Made by a program: the position numbers and the translations under genes
Virus record (IMG/VR): IMGVR_UViG_3300008266_000002
Strand: one strand, 5' to 3'
Length of the DNA stretch: 64,000 nt
Origin: a virus
The notes under the pieces: generated by a model
What the model saw: only the letters and a program-made list of their open reading frames with translations
What the model was told of the DNA's origin: nothing
The model's database searches: none
Shown here: one piece after another, positions 8,492 to 18,908 of the stretch
Numbering within the stretch: the stretch's first letter is position 1
Layout: each line of letters opens with the position of its first letter

Positions 8492-11485
8492 ATGCCATAC
8501 AACTTTGAAAGCACATTTACTCAACCTCTCTTAACTCAGCTTGATAATGGACTTATCGATGGGGCAGATAGTTGGGCAGAAGCTATAACTGAAGCATATG
8601 TAAACACAATTAAAACAGGCTTACCACAAGGTGTTCCAGTTACACTCCCAGCACCAGGCCTCAATCCAACAGCACCGCCCCCTTTTCCAATTGGTGCTTC
8701 ATCTTTTAACACTGCAGATAGTAAAAAGCAAGTTATGTACAACATAATTAGAGCCTACTATCTAGCAAAAGAGTTTTCATTGGATAAAGCTTCGATTGAA
8801 GGTTTGATTGTAACTGTCAAGCAGCTTATTGAAAAGATCAAAGTAAGATATGGTCAAGTTAGAGCCCTAATTACACAAGTTCAACTCATCACCAAAGAAG
8901 TTGCTGAATTACCAAGACGTATTGCTGAAATTATAAAAGATATAGAGGATGAAATAAAAGAGCAAATAGAAAATGTAAAGGGTATCTTTCGTATAATTGA
9001 TGGCTATAAAGTTGAGTTTGGCGAACAAGAGTTTCGTACTATATTTGCAGAAGAGTTAAGATTGTTTGAGACTTTTAAAAATTTTAAGTTAACTAATGTT
9101 GCTGCTATTCGTGATCTAACTTTGTTTGTAGTACAACACGCACAACAAGTAGAGAGAAGGTTATCTGTAAATACTCCTCAACAGATTGCTAAAAAGTATC
9201 TTAGAGATCGCTTATTTGCTATAGCAAAGGAATTTTTAAAGTTTGCAGAAGCCGTTATTGATCCTACAAAAATTATCGATTTTTTGAAAGGGTTAGCTTC
9301 TGGAAGAGATAGGATAAAACGTGTTTATGAAAAAGTAAGACGATTTGATTTTTTTATACGATATATTCAACCTAAACTAAAACTATTAGAAAAACGCGTT
9401 AAAGATAAAATTAAAGAAATCCGTGATAAGTTACAAAAGAAACTCATAGATGTTCAGAAAAAGGTGCAAGATAAGATTGCAGAGTCTCTTAAAAAGAAAA
9501 AGGATAGTAAAGCGCAAAATCTATATAAGAACGCTAAAAAGAATATTGATGATTTAAAAAAACAGAACAAGGAAAAAATTAAAAAAGTCCAATCTAGTAT
9601 TCGTTTAGGTATTAAGGGTATACAGTTAACAACTACTATGGTTGGTAAAGTAACCTCTTTAGTAGAGGGAGCTAAGTTAGAATTCGAAACGATTAAGAAA
9701 GAAATTTTAGATTTCCAAAAATCTATTGAACAACAAATACAGACAATAAGTCAAGCTGGTCAAAATATTATCTCAAATGTGGCTGCTATACAACCACCTA
9801 CAGCACCATCAATCACCAACCTTCCAACCAGCTTACCTCAAAACATTAGTCAGTTTAATAGTATCTTAGGTCAGTTGGATGTAAAAAAATTAATTGCAGA
9901 AGTAAAAAAAGCAAAAGATTACTTTGAGCAATCTGGATTGGGAGAATTTGCAAACCTTGTAGCATTAGTAATGACGCAAGCTAAATGCACATTTCAAACC
10001 TTTAAGAAATTTTTTGAAGCAAAGAGAGATACTATTAAACAGTATGTAAAGGAGATTACTGACTTAGAGCGTGATTTTAAAAAAATTATTAATATAATAA
10101 AAGAGTTTCAAGATCCTGAAAAAAAGAATCAGTTGGATGTTGATAATACGCGTGTTGCTAATTGGCTATCAGATCGTGTTGATTCAGTATTTGAATTTTT
10201 AAAGTTTGTGATTAAATGGTTGAAACCAAAACTTAAAAAAGTTGAGAAGTGGTTTAAAAAGAAAGTAAAAGAGCTTAAAACTTTTATAACTGAAAAGTTG
10301 AAGAAATTTGGTAACGACTTGAAAATATTTGCACTCAATCTTATTCCACTAAAGAGTGATGTGCAAGATCCTAAAGACAAAGTTGCTGTAGCAGAAGATA
10401 AGTTAAATAAACTAAAAGATAAGATCGAGCAAGTAAAGAGTCTAATTACTAAGGTATCGTTTATAGTTAAGATGTCTGTTGGAGGTTTTGGCTTTGTATC
10501 TAATATTATAGCTGGAAGATATAAGTTTTCCGATAACCAATCAAGTATACAAAATTTTCTCGATGGTTATTATTCTTATAGATCAGATGGACAACCTCCA
10601 GCAGTGCAAGAGCAATTACAACAAGAAAAAGCTAAAGTTCGGGATGATCTTAATGGTTTAATAATAATTGAAACAGTAGCTTTTGGTGTTATAGAAACTT
10701 ATAAAGATTTTGAACAGAGTGATTTTTTAAAAGAACTAGAAGAGTTTGTTAATACCCTAGAACAAAATTATCCAGGTAAGCGTTCATGGGAAAGGATACT
10801 CAATATTTTCAAACAACCACCAACTAGTATTAAGCAAGTTGTTGATTTAGCAAATACACTCACTCTAGATTTATTGAATGATGTTAATATTTTAACTAAG
10901 TTAGTAGATTTAGAAACACGTTATCTTAGAAGAAGTAGAGAGGCAATTAAATCTCTATGTGATATAAAAAGACTTGAAGGTACAAAAACAGAAAAAGCTC
11001 TTCTAAAGATCAAGGACGTACTTGAGAAAAATCAATCCTTTATTTTGACTGGAATAAAATTGCTACAAGAACAATTAAAAAAATTATTTAGGTTTATTGG
11101 GTCAAAATTGAAAAAAATTACTGATAATATAAAAAAGAAGCTTCAGAAGAAAAGAGAGAAAGTTGAAGAGAGATCAAAATTAGAATTAGATAAAATTAAA
11201 GAAAAGAAAATTAATATCGAAGCTCCTATTATGACATTTACATTTGACTTAGCGGCAAGATTATTTTGGACTGGGGCTACTTGGACTGGGCAAACTGGAA
11301 CTCAACATGTTGTATTCACTATTGGTCCATTTACACCTATCAAAGCTAAATCAACTGATGGGGCATCCGCAATGATTCGTGAAATAGCAAAAGGTTTCGA
11401 AAACCAACTACCATCGATGACCGGATTATTAACTCCTCCGGCAAATACTGGAATACCTCCTATCCCATTTACCGGATACAATTAA
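8492..11485 (+). CDS. Large Lys-rich helical/coiled-coil protein in baseplate cluster
   Basis: 997 aa; Pro-rich termini; three internal repeats about 290 aa apart. Confidence 0.6.
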   Translation: MPYNFESTFTQPLLTQLDNGLIDGADSWAEAITEAYVNTIKTGLPQGVPVTLPAPGLNPTAPPPFPIGASSFNTADSKKQVMYNIIRAYYLAKEFSLDKASIEGLIVTVKQLIEKIKVRYGQVRALITQVQLITKEVAELPRRIAEIIKDIEDEIKEQIENVKGIFRIIDGYKVEFGEQEFRTIFAEELRLFETFKNFKLTNVAAIRDLTLFVVQHAQQVERRLSVNTPQQIAKKYLRDRLFAIAKEFLKFAEAVIDPTKIIDFLKGLASGRDRIKRVYEKVRRFDFFIRYIQPKLKLLEKRVKDKIKEIRDKLQKKLIDVQKKVQDKIAESLKKKKDSKAQNLYKNAKKNIDDLKKQNKEKIKKVQSSIRLGIKGIQLTTTMVGKVTSLVEGAKLEFETIKKEILDFQKSIEQQIQTISQAGQNIISNVAAIQPPTAPSITNLPTSLPQNISQFNSILGQLDVKKLIAEVKKAKDYFEQSGLGEFANLVALVMTQAKCTFQTFKKFFEAKRDTIKQYVKEITDLERDFKKIINIIKEFQDPEKKNQLDVDNTRVANWLSDRVDSVFEFLKFVIKWLKPKLKKVEKWFKKKVKELKTFITEKLKKFGNDLKIFALNLIPLKSDVQDPKDKVAVAEDKLNKLKDKIEQVKSLITKVSFIVKMSVGGFGFVSNIIAGRYKFSDNQSSIQNFLDGYYSYRSDGQPPAVQEQLQQEKAKVRDDLNGLIIIETVAFGVIETYKDFEQSDFLKELEEFVNTLEQNYPGKRSWERILNIFKQPPTSIKQVVDLANTLTLDLLNDVNILTKLVDLETRYLRRSREAIKSLCDIKRLEGTKTEKALLKIKDVLEKNQSFILTGIKLLQEQLKKLFRFIGSKLKKITDNIKKKLQKKREKVEERSKLELDKIKEKKINIEAPIMTFTFDLAARLFWTGATWTGQTGTQHVVFTIGPFTPIKAKSTDGASAMIREIAKGFENQLPSMTGLLTPPANTGIPPIPFTGYN

Positions 11486-11495
11486 TTTATTTAAC

Positions 11496-11503
11496 TATTT
11501 ATA
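11496..11503 (+). promoter_or_regulatory. Putative late promoter TATTTATA
   Basis: Intergenic, 13 nt before ATG 11517. Confidence 0.7.
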
Positions 11504-11516
11504 TATAAAACCGATT

Positions 11517-11975
11517 ATGAAGGCGACTGAATTTGTAAACATCATGCGTAAGGTTATTCGTGAGGAAGTTCGATCAATAATAAAAGAAGAACTAAAACCT
11601 CTGAAGCTTATGGTTGAAGGTAAAACTGCAACAACACAAATAAATACTGTAACTAAGCAGGCACCACAACCGGTCAAGAAGAAGGTTGTACCTCCACAAA
11701 TCAAAGGAATTAAAGGTCCATTAGCCGATATCCTAGCTGAGACCTATATGGCTATGCAACAAGAAGCTCCGTACGAAGATCCTGAAGCAGAATGGCCAAG
11801 TATGGACGAAATGTTTACATCAAAGCACGTTCCTCCCAGCTTTATGCCTCAGCAAACTATATCGCAAAACGAAGTTAGAGCTGCTATGACGGGAGATCCA
11901 ACTCAAGCGTTAATGAAGGATTATTCCAGCCTCTTAAAAAAGGCTGATGCAATTGCAAATAATACAAGAATTTAA
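11517..11975 (+). CDS. Hypothetical protein with RKVIREEVRSIIKEE helix motif
   Basis: N-terminal amphipathic motif shared with several head-module proteins. Confidence 0.65.
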   Translation: MKATEFVNIMRKVIREEVRSIIKEELKPLKLMVEGKTATTQINTVTKQAPQPVKKKVVPPQIKGIKGPLADILAETYMAMQQEAPYEDPEAEWPSMDEMFTSKHVPPSFMPQQTISQNEVRAAMTGDPTQALMKDYSSLLKKADAIANNTRI

Positions 11976-12400
11976 TGGCAATCGAAATTAAAATACATCC
12001 ATTAGATTTTGAACCTGATATAGCTATTGGTGTTGATCTACCAATGATGACTAGTACAGGGGCTGGATTTCAGCAAACGTATACTACAATCGATCAGGCA
12101 GTAGCAAATTCAAAAAACCTACTTTACACAAATAAAGGTGAGAGAATTATGCAGCCAGACTTTGGTTGTGATTTACGTTCGTTACTATTTGAAAATATTT
12201 CAGATGATCTACTTCCAAAGATAGAGGATACTATAAGAAGTAGCTTTGATTATTGGTTACCTTACATATTTATTAATGAGCTCACTATCACAACTGATCC
12301 AGATCGTAATCGAGTTTTTATAACAATGAGAATAAGCTTAGAAGGTAATAAATTCGATACTAGATCAATTCAGGTAGAGGTGATAAATAACGCAGCATAA
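11975..12400 (+). CDS. gp25: Baseplate wedge protein, gp25/GpW family
   Basis: NLLYTNKGERIMQPDFGCDL...LFE signature; 141 aa; adjacent to gp6-like gene. Confidence 0.9.
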   Translation: MAIEIKIHPLDFEPDIAIGVDLPMMTSTGAGFQQTYTTIDQAVANSKNLLYTNKGERIMQPDFGCDLRSLLFENISDDLLPKIEDTIRSSFDYWLPYIFINELTITTDPDRNRVFITMRISLEGNKFDTRSIQVEVINNAA

Positions 12401-12401
12401 C

Positions 12402-14294
12402 ATGGCCAATATTTCAAAAACAACATCTAAGGATATTAAGTATTTTGGTAGAGATTTTGATTCACTCAAAAAGGGTCTAATCGATTTTGCTAGAATATAC
12501 TATCCAAATACATACAACGACTTCAATGAAGCTTCCCCAGGAATGATGTTTGTTGAAATGGCTGCTTATGTTGGTGATGTTTTGAATTACTATATTGATT
12601 CTCAATTCAAAGAAAATTTATTACTACACGCTACTGAAAGACGGAGTGTTTTATCTATTGCAGCTGCAATGGGATATAAACCAAAAGTAAGCGTACCATC
12701 TATCGTAGATATCGATATTTTTCAACTACTACCACCATCTGGAAGTAGTACTGCGGTTGTACCTGACACAAGGTATGCGGTAAAAATTAATCCAGGAATG
12801 CGTGCTAGAAGCTCGGCAGGCAATATCGAATTCATAATACAGAATAAAGTAGATTTCTCTATTAATAATATTTTTGATCCAACAACCATCTCTGTATACA
12901 GCATTGATGGGAGTGGCGCACCAAATTATTTTTTAGCTAAAAAAACAGTAAAAGCTATCTCAGCTATTCCAGTTACAACTACGGTTGAGATTACTGGAGT
13001 TACTAAATTTTATAAGTTTTTAGTTGAAGCAGAAAATCTAATAGGAATCCAATCAATCATTGACTCTGACGGAAACACTTGGTATGAGGTACCATATTTA
13101 GCTCAGGATACTATATTTGAGCAGGTACAAAACACAGCTTTTAATGATCCGGATGCTGCTGTATATAGTAATGATACACCGTATCTTTTAAAATTAAAGA
13201 GAGTTCCAAGAAGGTTTATAACAAGAGTAACGGATAGGGGTATTGAGGTTCAGTTTGGATCTGGGATAAGTTCTAATGCTGATGAGGAGTTACTAGCCAC
13301 TCCAGAGAATATTGGATTATCATTACCAACTGGAAAAGATGATATTGATTGGTCTATTGATCCAGCTGCTCCAGTAATTACAGGTGCGTATGGTATTGTA
13401 CCAAGTAATACGACACTAACGGTAACGTATTTAGTAGGTGGTGGAATTTCAGCAAATGTACCAAGTAATACGATCACAGAAATTACAGCCATTGATACTA
13501 GTGCATCTAATTTACCAACTACAAATCCTGCACTTAATTCGACTATATTAAATTCAGTTGCAGTAAACAATCCTACATCGGCAACTGGAGGTAGAGGGTC
13601 GGAAACATTAGAAGAAATTCGTCAAAATGCAATTGCACAACTTGCATCGCAAAATAGAGCGGTAACAAGAGAAGATTATATAGTAAGAGCATATGGCATG
13701 CCAAATGTATTTGGTAGCGTAGCAAAGGTGTTTATTACTCCCGATGAACAAAATAATATTGGTACATCTGAGGTGAATGATACTGTTGCAAACCCATTAG
13801 CATTAAACATGTATTTGTTAGGTTATGATAATAATAAAAACCTAACCACCGTTAATAGAGCTGTAAAGGAAAATTTAAAAAATTACCTTAGTCAGTATAG
13901 AATGTTGACGGATAGTATTAATTTAAGAGATGCTTATGTTGTTAATATTGGAGTTGATTTTGATATTGTAACTTTACCAAACTTCAATGCAAATGAGGTG
14001 TTATTAAATTGCATTAACTCCCTTAAAAGCTTTTTCGATAATGATAAGTGGCAAATTAACCAACCAATTATCTACAGTGATATAATTAATACAATCTTAA
14101 CAATCAAAGGAGTTCAGACGGTTGTAGATGTGCAAGTTAAAAATCTTAATGATGAATTAGCTGGTTATAGTAATATAGCTTATAGCATTAGTGAGGCAAC
14201 AAGAAATGGCATTGTATATCCTAGCTTGGATCCAGCAATGTTTGAAGTCAAATACCCTAACAACGATATTAAAGGTCGTGTAGTAACATTCTAA
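12402..14294 (+). CDS. gp6: Baseplate wedge protein, T4 gp6-like
   Basis: DFDSLK, YNDFNEASPG, FGSG, Y.VGGG...N, ATGG...ETLEEIR, QNRAVT.EDY. Confidence 0.88.
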   Translation: MANISKTTSKDIKYFGRDFDSLKKGLIDFARIYYPNTYNDFNEASPGMMFVEMAAYVGDVLNYYIDSQFKENLLLHATERRSVLSIAAAMGYKPKVSVPSIVDIDIFQLLPPSGSSTAVVPDTRYAVKINPGMRARSSAGNIEFIIQNKVDFSINNIFDPTTISVYSIDGSGAPNYFLAKKTVKAISAIPVTTTVEITGVTKFYKFLVEAENLIGIQSIIDSDGNTWYEVPYLAQDTIFEQVQNTAFNDPDAAVYSNDTPYLLKLKRVPRRFITRVTDRGIEVQFGSGISSNADEELLATPENIGLSLPTGKDDIDWSIDPAAPVITGAYGIVPSNTTLTVTYLVGGGISANVPSNTITEITAIDTSASNLPTTNPALNSTILNSVAVNNPTSATGGRGSETLEEIRQNAIAQLASQNRAVTREDYIVRAYGMPNVFGSVAKVFITPDEQNNIGTSEVNDTVANPLALNMYLLGYDNNKNLTTVNRAVKENLKNYLSQYRMLTDSINLRDAYVVNIGVDFDIVTLPNFNANEVLLNCINSLKSFFDNDKWQINQPIIYSDIINTILTIKGVQTVVDVQVKNLNDELAGYSNIAYSISEATRNGIVYPSLDPAMFEVKYPNNDIKGRVVTF

Positions 14295-14296
14295 CT

Positions 14297-15406
14297 ATGA
14301 TATTAAAATTCTATCCTACAAGAGACGCTACAATTTATGAACAGTATCCAAATAGAAATACTGGGTTGGATGCTATTCTAGAAATTAGCAAAAATATCAT
14401 TGCTACTGGTAGTGCTGCATCGGGTAGTTATAATTCTAGAGTCTTATTGGATTTTGATTATACGGCAATATCATCAAGTATTGTGAGCTTAGGATATAAT
14501 CCTAATAGCTTCAAGTATAATTTAAAAATGTATGTGGCAGAAGCGAAAGAGGTTCCTGTCAATTATACACTCTATGCATATCCAATTAGTGGTAGTTGGA
14601 ATATGGGAATTGGTCGCTATGGTAATATTCCACAAACAACTGCAGGAGTGAGTTGGAGATATAGAGAATCACTTGACGATCTAAACTCAGCATGGCCTAC
14701 TAGTTCACATGCAGCAACAGTCACAGCGTCATGGTCAACAACAGCAGGTGGTGGTACATGGTTTACATCAAGTGTAGCCAGCCAGTCCTTTAATTATACC
14801 ACATCCGATGTGGATATGGATATCACACCAATTGTTAATCTAGTGCAATCTGGGTCTATAAGCTTCAATGGTATTATAATTAAAAAATCAGATGCTGACG
14901 AGTCATCAACAAACGTATTCAATAGTCTTAAATTTTTTAGTAAGGATACCCATACCGTCTATCTACCAGTTATAGAAGCTAAATACGATGATAGTATATC
15001 AACTGCTACACTAACCCAAATTAATACAGAAGATGATTTTAACTTGGTGTTTACAAATTTAAAATCTTCTTATAGTGAGAGCTCAACACCAAAAATTCGC
15101 ATAGCACCAAGATATAGATATCCTACTCCAGTTTTTCAAACCTCGTCACTCTATCTAACATCATACAGACTACCAACTGGATCACAGTATGCTGTTTATA
15201 GTGCTCATAATGATGATATAATAATCAACTTTAGTGATTATACTAAGATTAGTGATGATGGAACAAGTAACTACGTGAAACTTCATTTGGATAGTTTTCA
15301 ACCTGAAAGATATTATAGAATGTTGATTAGAGTACCAAATTCTGGATCAGTGAATACTTATCAGGTATATGACGATAAATGGATTTTCAAAGTTACTAGA
15401 AGCTAA
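14297..15406 (+). CDS. Virion structural protein (DNRLRE-like beta domain)
   Basis: DATIYE..P..NTG, SRVLL.FD, MDITPIV patterns; located after gp6. Confidence 0.55.
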   Translation: MILKFYPTRDATIYEQYPNRNTGLDAILEISKNIIATGSAASGSYNSRVLLDFDYTAISSSIVSLGYNPNSFKYNLKMYVAEAKEVPVNYTLYAYPISGSWNMGIGRYGNIPQTTAGVSWRYRESLDDLNSAWPTSSHAATVTASWSTTAGGGTWFTSSVASQSFNYTTSDVDMDITPIVNLVQSGSISFNGIIIKKSDADESSTNVFNSLKFFSKDTHTVYLPVIEAKYDDSISTATLTQINTEDDFNLVFTNLKSSYSESSTPKIRIAPRYRYPTPVFQTSSLYLTSYRLPTGSQYAVYSAHNDDIIINFSDYTKISDDGTSNYVKLHLDSFQPERYYRMLIRVPNSGSVNTYQVYDDKWIFKVTRS

Positions 15407-18400
15407 TGAGATTTCCCGATCAATCCTTAATAGGCGATTTAAACGACAACACAACACCAAGAATAACTACTGGTGTATTTCCGTCTATACCTACATCAAC
15501 AACAGACGAAAATGATACAGTTTATGATCTACTACCCGTAATCATAAATCGACCACCAGTCATTACTAAACCAATAACAGAAGCTTCAACACCACAGATA
15601 AAACCTTACTCAACTGCTAATGCAACTGGAGACTTTATGTACCTCTTTCCGGATGGTACAGTGAAAGTTAATATAGGTTCAACTTTTAAAATTGCTATTG
15701 AAGCCGAGCAACCAAATATACTAAATGTAGAAAATGGTATTTTAAAACTCATACCACCAAGCTCTAGTTTAACATTTATCTGGAGGAAAGATAGTGAAAT
15801 TTTAAACTCATCAACAAGCGACTCACTACAATCATCAGTAGTTGTGAGTGGTAGTGTAATTGAATTCAATAGTGTACAACCATCTTCTGCAGGAACATAC
15901 TTATGTGAAATTTCAAATGATATAGGTACAACAATAAGTGAGACAATTACCTTAGAAATACTTAATCTAGATTTTGATACGTTATTCTATAGAAATCTTG
16001 TTAAAAATCCAACAGGAGCTGATGGAGTAAACGAATGGAATGCAAATAATTCTGATTTTATATCGAAACCATTTTCAAAAATACCATCACAAGATTTTAT
16101 ACGACCTAATAGAGTAGATTTATTTGGATATACAATGGATATGATGCATCCAAGACCTTATCAAATTGATATGGGTGCTATTCAAAATTTTGATATGACT
16201 CAAACGTATCTCAATAATCCTTACTATTTTACTCGCACGAGATATAAATTTGATCGTAAGGGTGGTACATTCCAAGTAAGAGCATATCAAGATATTGACC
16301 TTACGGACATTATACCTTTGATAAAAGGAGGTATATATGGTGTCGAAGGTGTTAGGGCATTGTTTAGTTGCTACATTGGTAATGGTTTATCCCAATATAT
16401 TCCGGTAGAAGAATTAGTTGATCCAAGACGCAGATTAGATCCATTAAGCTACTATCAATCGTATGCAAGGTTAAGTTTAGTAAACTTCCTTACAGCAGGT
16501 CCTGCAGATAAAGTTGTAGAAAAAGCATATGTAACAATTGAAGAATTTGATAATGAAACGAGAGTGCCAACAACTCTGTTAGTTAGTAATCAAGGCGCCA
16601 CCCAAACATATAATTCACGTATTACTCTCTCAGATCCATGGCAAAAACGTATATACGACCCAGCTTTTCAAGTAAGCGTGTATCCTATCGATATATATGG
16701 ACTTCAAGAAACATCGCCAAACGACCCTAGAGACCTGATATTAAATGTAGCGAATAATTTGTATCCAGATCAGCGATATCGATACACATATGGACAGTAT
16801 GTGGAATTTAATAAACAAATTATTGAGAGACTTAATCCAAAGACAACTAAGGTTCGAATTTCGTTAAATTTTGATTCTACTGACTGGAGAATTTTTGAAA
16901 CGTATACGGACTTAGTAAATGATGCGGATGAAATTTTTGAAGTATTGAGTTGGGAGACACCGTACAAAAAAAATAAATTTAGTAAGCCACCACTTAGTCC
17001 AACATATAAACCAATATATCAACGTATAAAGGAGTATTCTGGAAGTCTAGATAAGACGCCTTCAGAATTTTTCCCTACTGCACAAGATCCACGAGTGATG
17101 GTGACTGGATTAAACTTGGCTCTATTACCAATATTAACACAACAAAACCAAGTCACAGACTATTATACTGGAATATCTTTAGTAAGAAATCTAACTCCGA
17201 CTTCATCGTTCCCTTCTGGATTAACTGGCACTCGAATATATGATCCATTAGGAACACTCTCAAAAGCATTAACGGTGACATTCAAATATTATAGTGAAGG
17301 AGTACCAACACTAGATAATCTAGGTTACTTACAAACACGAGATAGGATAGAGTTACGATTAAAATTATCAAGTCAGCCAGGATCACCAAATACACAAAAT
17401 GCATCGTCATTTGTAGACTATCAAATCACCAATGGCGCATTATTTCCATTTGTGCAAAACTCAGTTATTTCCTATGAAGGAGCTATAGAAAATGCTATTA
17501 CTCCAAACGATATACAATCATTTACACCATTTTTTGATTATGTTAGATATAGGTTATTAGATCCATATCAATCAGATAGAAATTCACGTACACCTAATTT
17601 TAGCACAACTGCAAATACTTTAGCTGATAATGGTTATGTAGTTTGGGGAATGAGTGGTAGCATATCACCATCACAATATCCAGAGATAGAAAGACCATGG
17701 ATAAATAAAGCAAGGTATATAATAACTTTTGGGATAGTAAATGCTTCCAATCCATCAACCCCTCCTGGTACACAAACAAGATTAACCACTAGTCAAATAG
17801 GAGGGTCTCAAAATGATACACAAGCCATCCAGTCGTATTATTTAGACTTTGATTTTACAAATCCAGCAGATACAAAGGTAACATTGGCTAGACCAGCTAG
17901 TTTTATTTCACAATCTATCAATGTAGGTAATTTATTTTCTACTTCCGTAGTAGCAGGATCTTCTGGTAGTAAGTATATTGGTAAGGGTACTACAACCAAT
18001 CCAATTGAATTAGAACACTCAATTGATCCATATGGTGTATTACAATCCACAATACCGGCTGAGTTTAAGTTTACCTCTATGAATAATGGTGGCTTTGGAT
18101 TGGGTGGCTATCAATATCAGTTTGAAGTTAGAGAAAGATCCCTTATTAAATTAATTACAGCTTTACATGTTAATCTTGGTAATTACACAAGAGTATCTTT
18201 ACGAGCTAATCGATACTATCAAAGTAGAGTTGAGCAAGCGTTATCTTTTTACGATAGTGAAATTCAATTTGCACAAAATAATCCAACTTTAAACGTATAT
18301 ACACTAAACGGGGTAACTGTTAATGACTTGCAAGATTTTCGTCAACAGTTGGTGGATTATGCATACGATATTCAAGAGGTGCCAAATCAAACTCAATATG

Positions 18401-18894
18401 CTACAATTCTAAGAATATTTGAAAATAATCAAGCAGGTATATCTAGATTCTCCATTAACATTTTCAATCCAGCTTTCTACCCGTCACAGGCTGATTTAAG
18501 TAATCCACAAACACAACTTCGTGTTATTGATCAATATATTCGAGATACGGTTGGAGGATCATTAGGAACTCCTCAATATCAAACTCTCAATTCTAGAATA
18601 TTCAACGACGCACAAGTTACTGATTATACTAATACAACTTTAGGATTGCAGATTGCAGGCGGTACTGTATTTCCATCAAACTTAAATTTATTTAGAGAAG
18701 TACCACCACATCTCTTGAATATGAGGACATCAATACAAAAAATCGAATTATTATCAATTAGACCCTCAGATATTAACTTTGGTCCTGGATCTCCAGCTGC
18801 TGGTTCTACAGCGGATGGTACAAATTATAAAATATATTATACACCACTACAAGACACAAACGAAGGTAATTATATTCCAAGTTCACAAGACTAG
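15406..18894 (+). CDS. Large virion protein with Ig (I-set-like) and FBA/galactose-binding-like domains
   Basis: WRKD...AGTYLCEISNDIG Ig motif; NLVKNPTGADGVNEW, YQDIDL; paralog of next gene. Confidence 0.6.
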   Translation: MRFPDQSLIGDLNDNTTPRITTGVFPSIPTSTTDENDTVYDLLPVIINRPPVITKPITEASTPQIKPYSTANATGDFMYLFPDGTVKVNIGSTFKIAIEAEQPNILNVENGILKLIPPSSSLTFIWRKDSEILNSSTSDSLQSSVVVSGSVIEFNSVQPSSAGTYLCEISNDIGTTISETITLEILNLDFDTLFYRNLVKNPTGADGVNEWNANNSDFISKPFSKIPSQDFIRPNRVDLFGYTMDMMHPRPYQIDMGAIQNFDMTQTYLNNPYYFTRTRYKFDRKGGTFQVRAYQDIDLTDIIPLIKGGIYGVEGVRALFSCYIGNGLSQYIPVEELVDPRRRLDPLSYYQSYARLSLVNFLTAGPADKVVEKAYVTIEEFDNETRVPTTLLVSNQGATQTYNSRITLSDPWQKRIYDPAFQVSVYPIDIYGLQETSPNDPRDLILNVANNLYPDQRYRYTYGQYVEFNKQIIERLNPKTTKVRISLNFDSTDWRIFETYTDLVNDADEIFEVLSWETPYKKNKFSKPPLSPTYKPIYQRIKEYSGSLDKTPSEFFPTAQDPRVMVTGLNLALLPILTQQNQVTDYYTGISLVRNLTPTSSFPSGLTGTRIYDPLGTLSKALTVTFKYYSEGVPTLDNLGYLQTRDRIELRLKLSSQPGSPNTQNASSFVDYQITNGALFPFVQNSVISYEGAIENAITPNDIQSFTPFFDYVRYRLLDPYQSDRNSRTPNFSTTANTLADNGYVVWGMSGSISPSQYPEIERPWINKARYIITFGIVNASNPSTPPGTQTRLTTSQIGGSQNDTQAIQSYYLDFDFTNPADTKVTLARPASFISQSINVGNLFSTSVVAGSSGSKYIGKGTTTNPIELEHSIDPYGVLQSTIPAEFKFTSMNNGGFGLGGYQYQFEVRERSLIKLITALHVNLGNYTRVSLRANRYYQSRVEQALSFYDSEIQFAQNNPTLNVYTLNGVTVNDLQDFRQQLVDYAYDIQEVPNQTQYATILRIFENNQAGISRFSINIFNPAFYPSQADLSNPQTQLRVIDQYIRDTVGGSLGTPQYQTLNSRIFNDAQVTDYTNTTLGLQIAGGTVFPSNLNLFREVPPHLLNMRTSIQKIELLSIRPSDINFGPGSPAAGSTADGTNYKIYYTPLQDTNEGNYIPSSQD

Positions 18895-18908
18895 TATATT
18901 TAAAATAA

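Noticed and set aside
13397-13473. 17-nt direct repeat TGTACCAAGTAATACGA in gp6
   Set aside because: Encodes VPSNT twice within a conserved protein; no sign of independent function.
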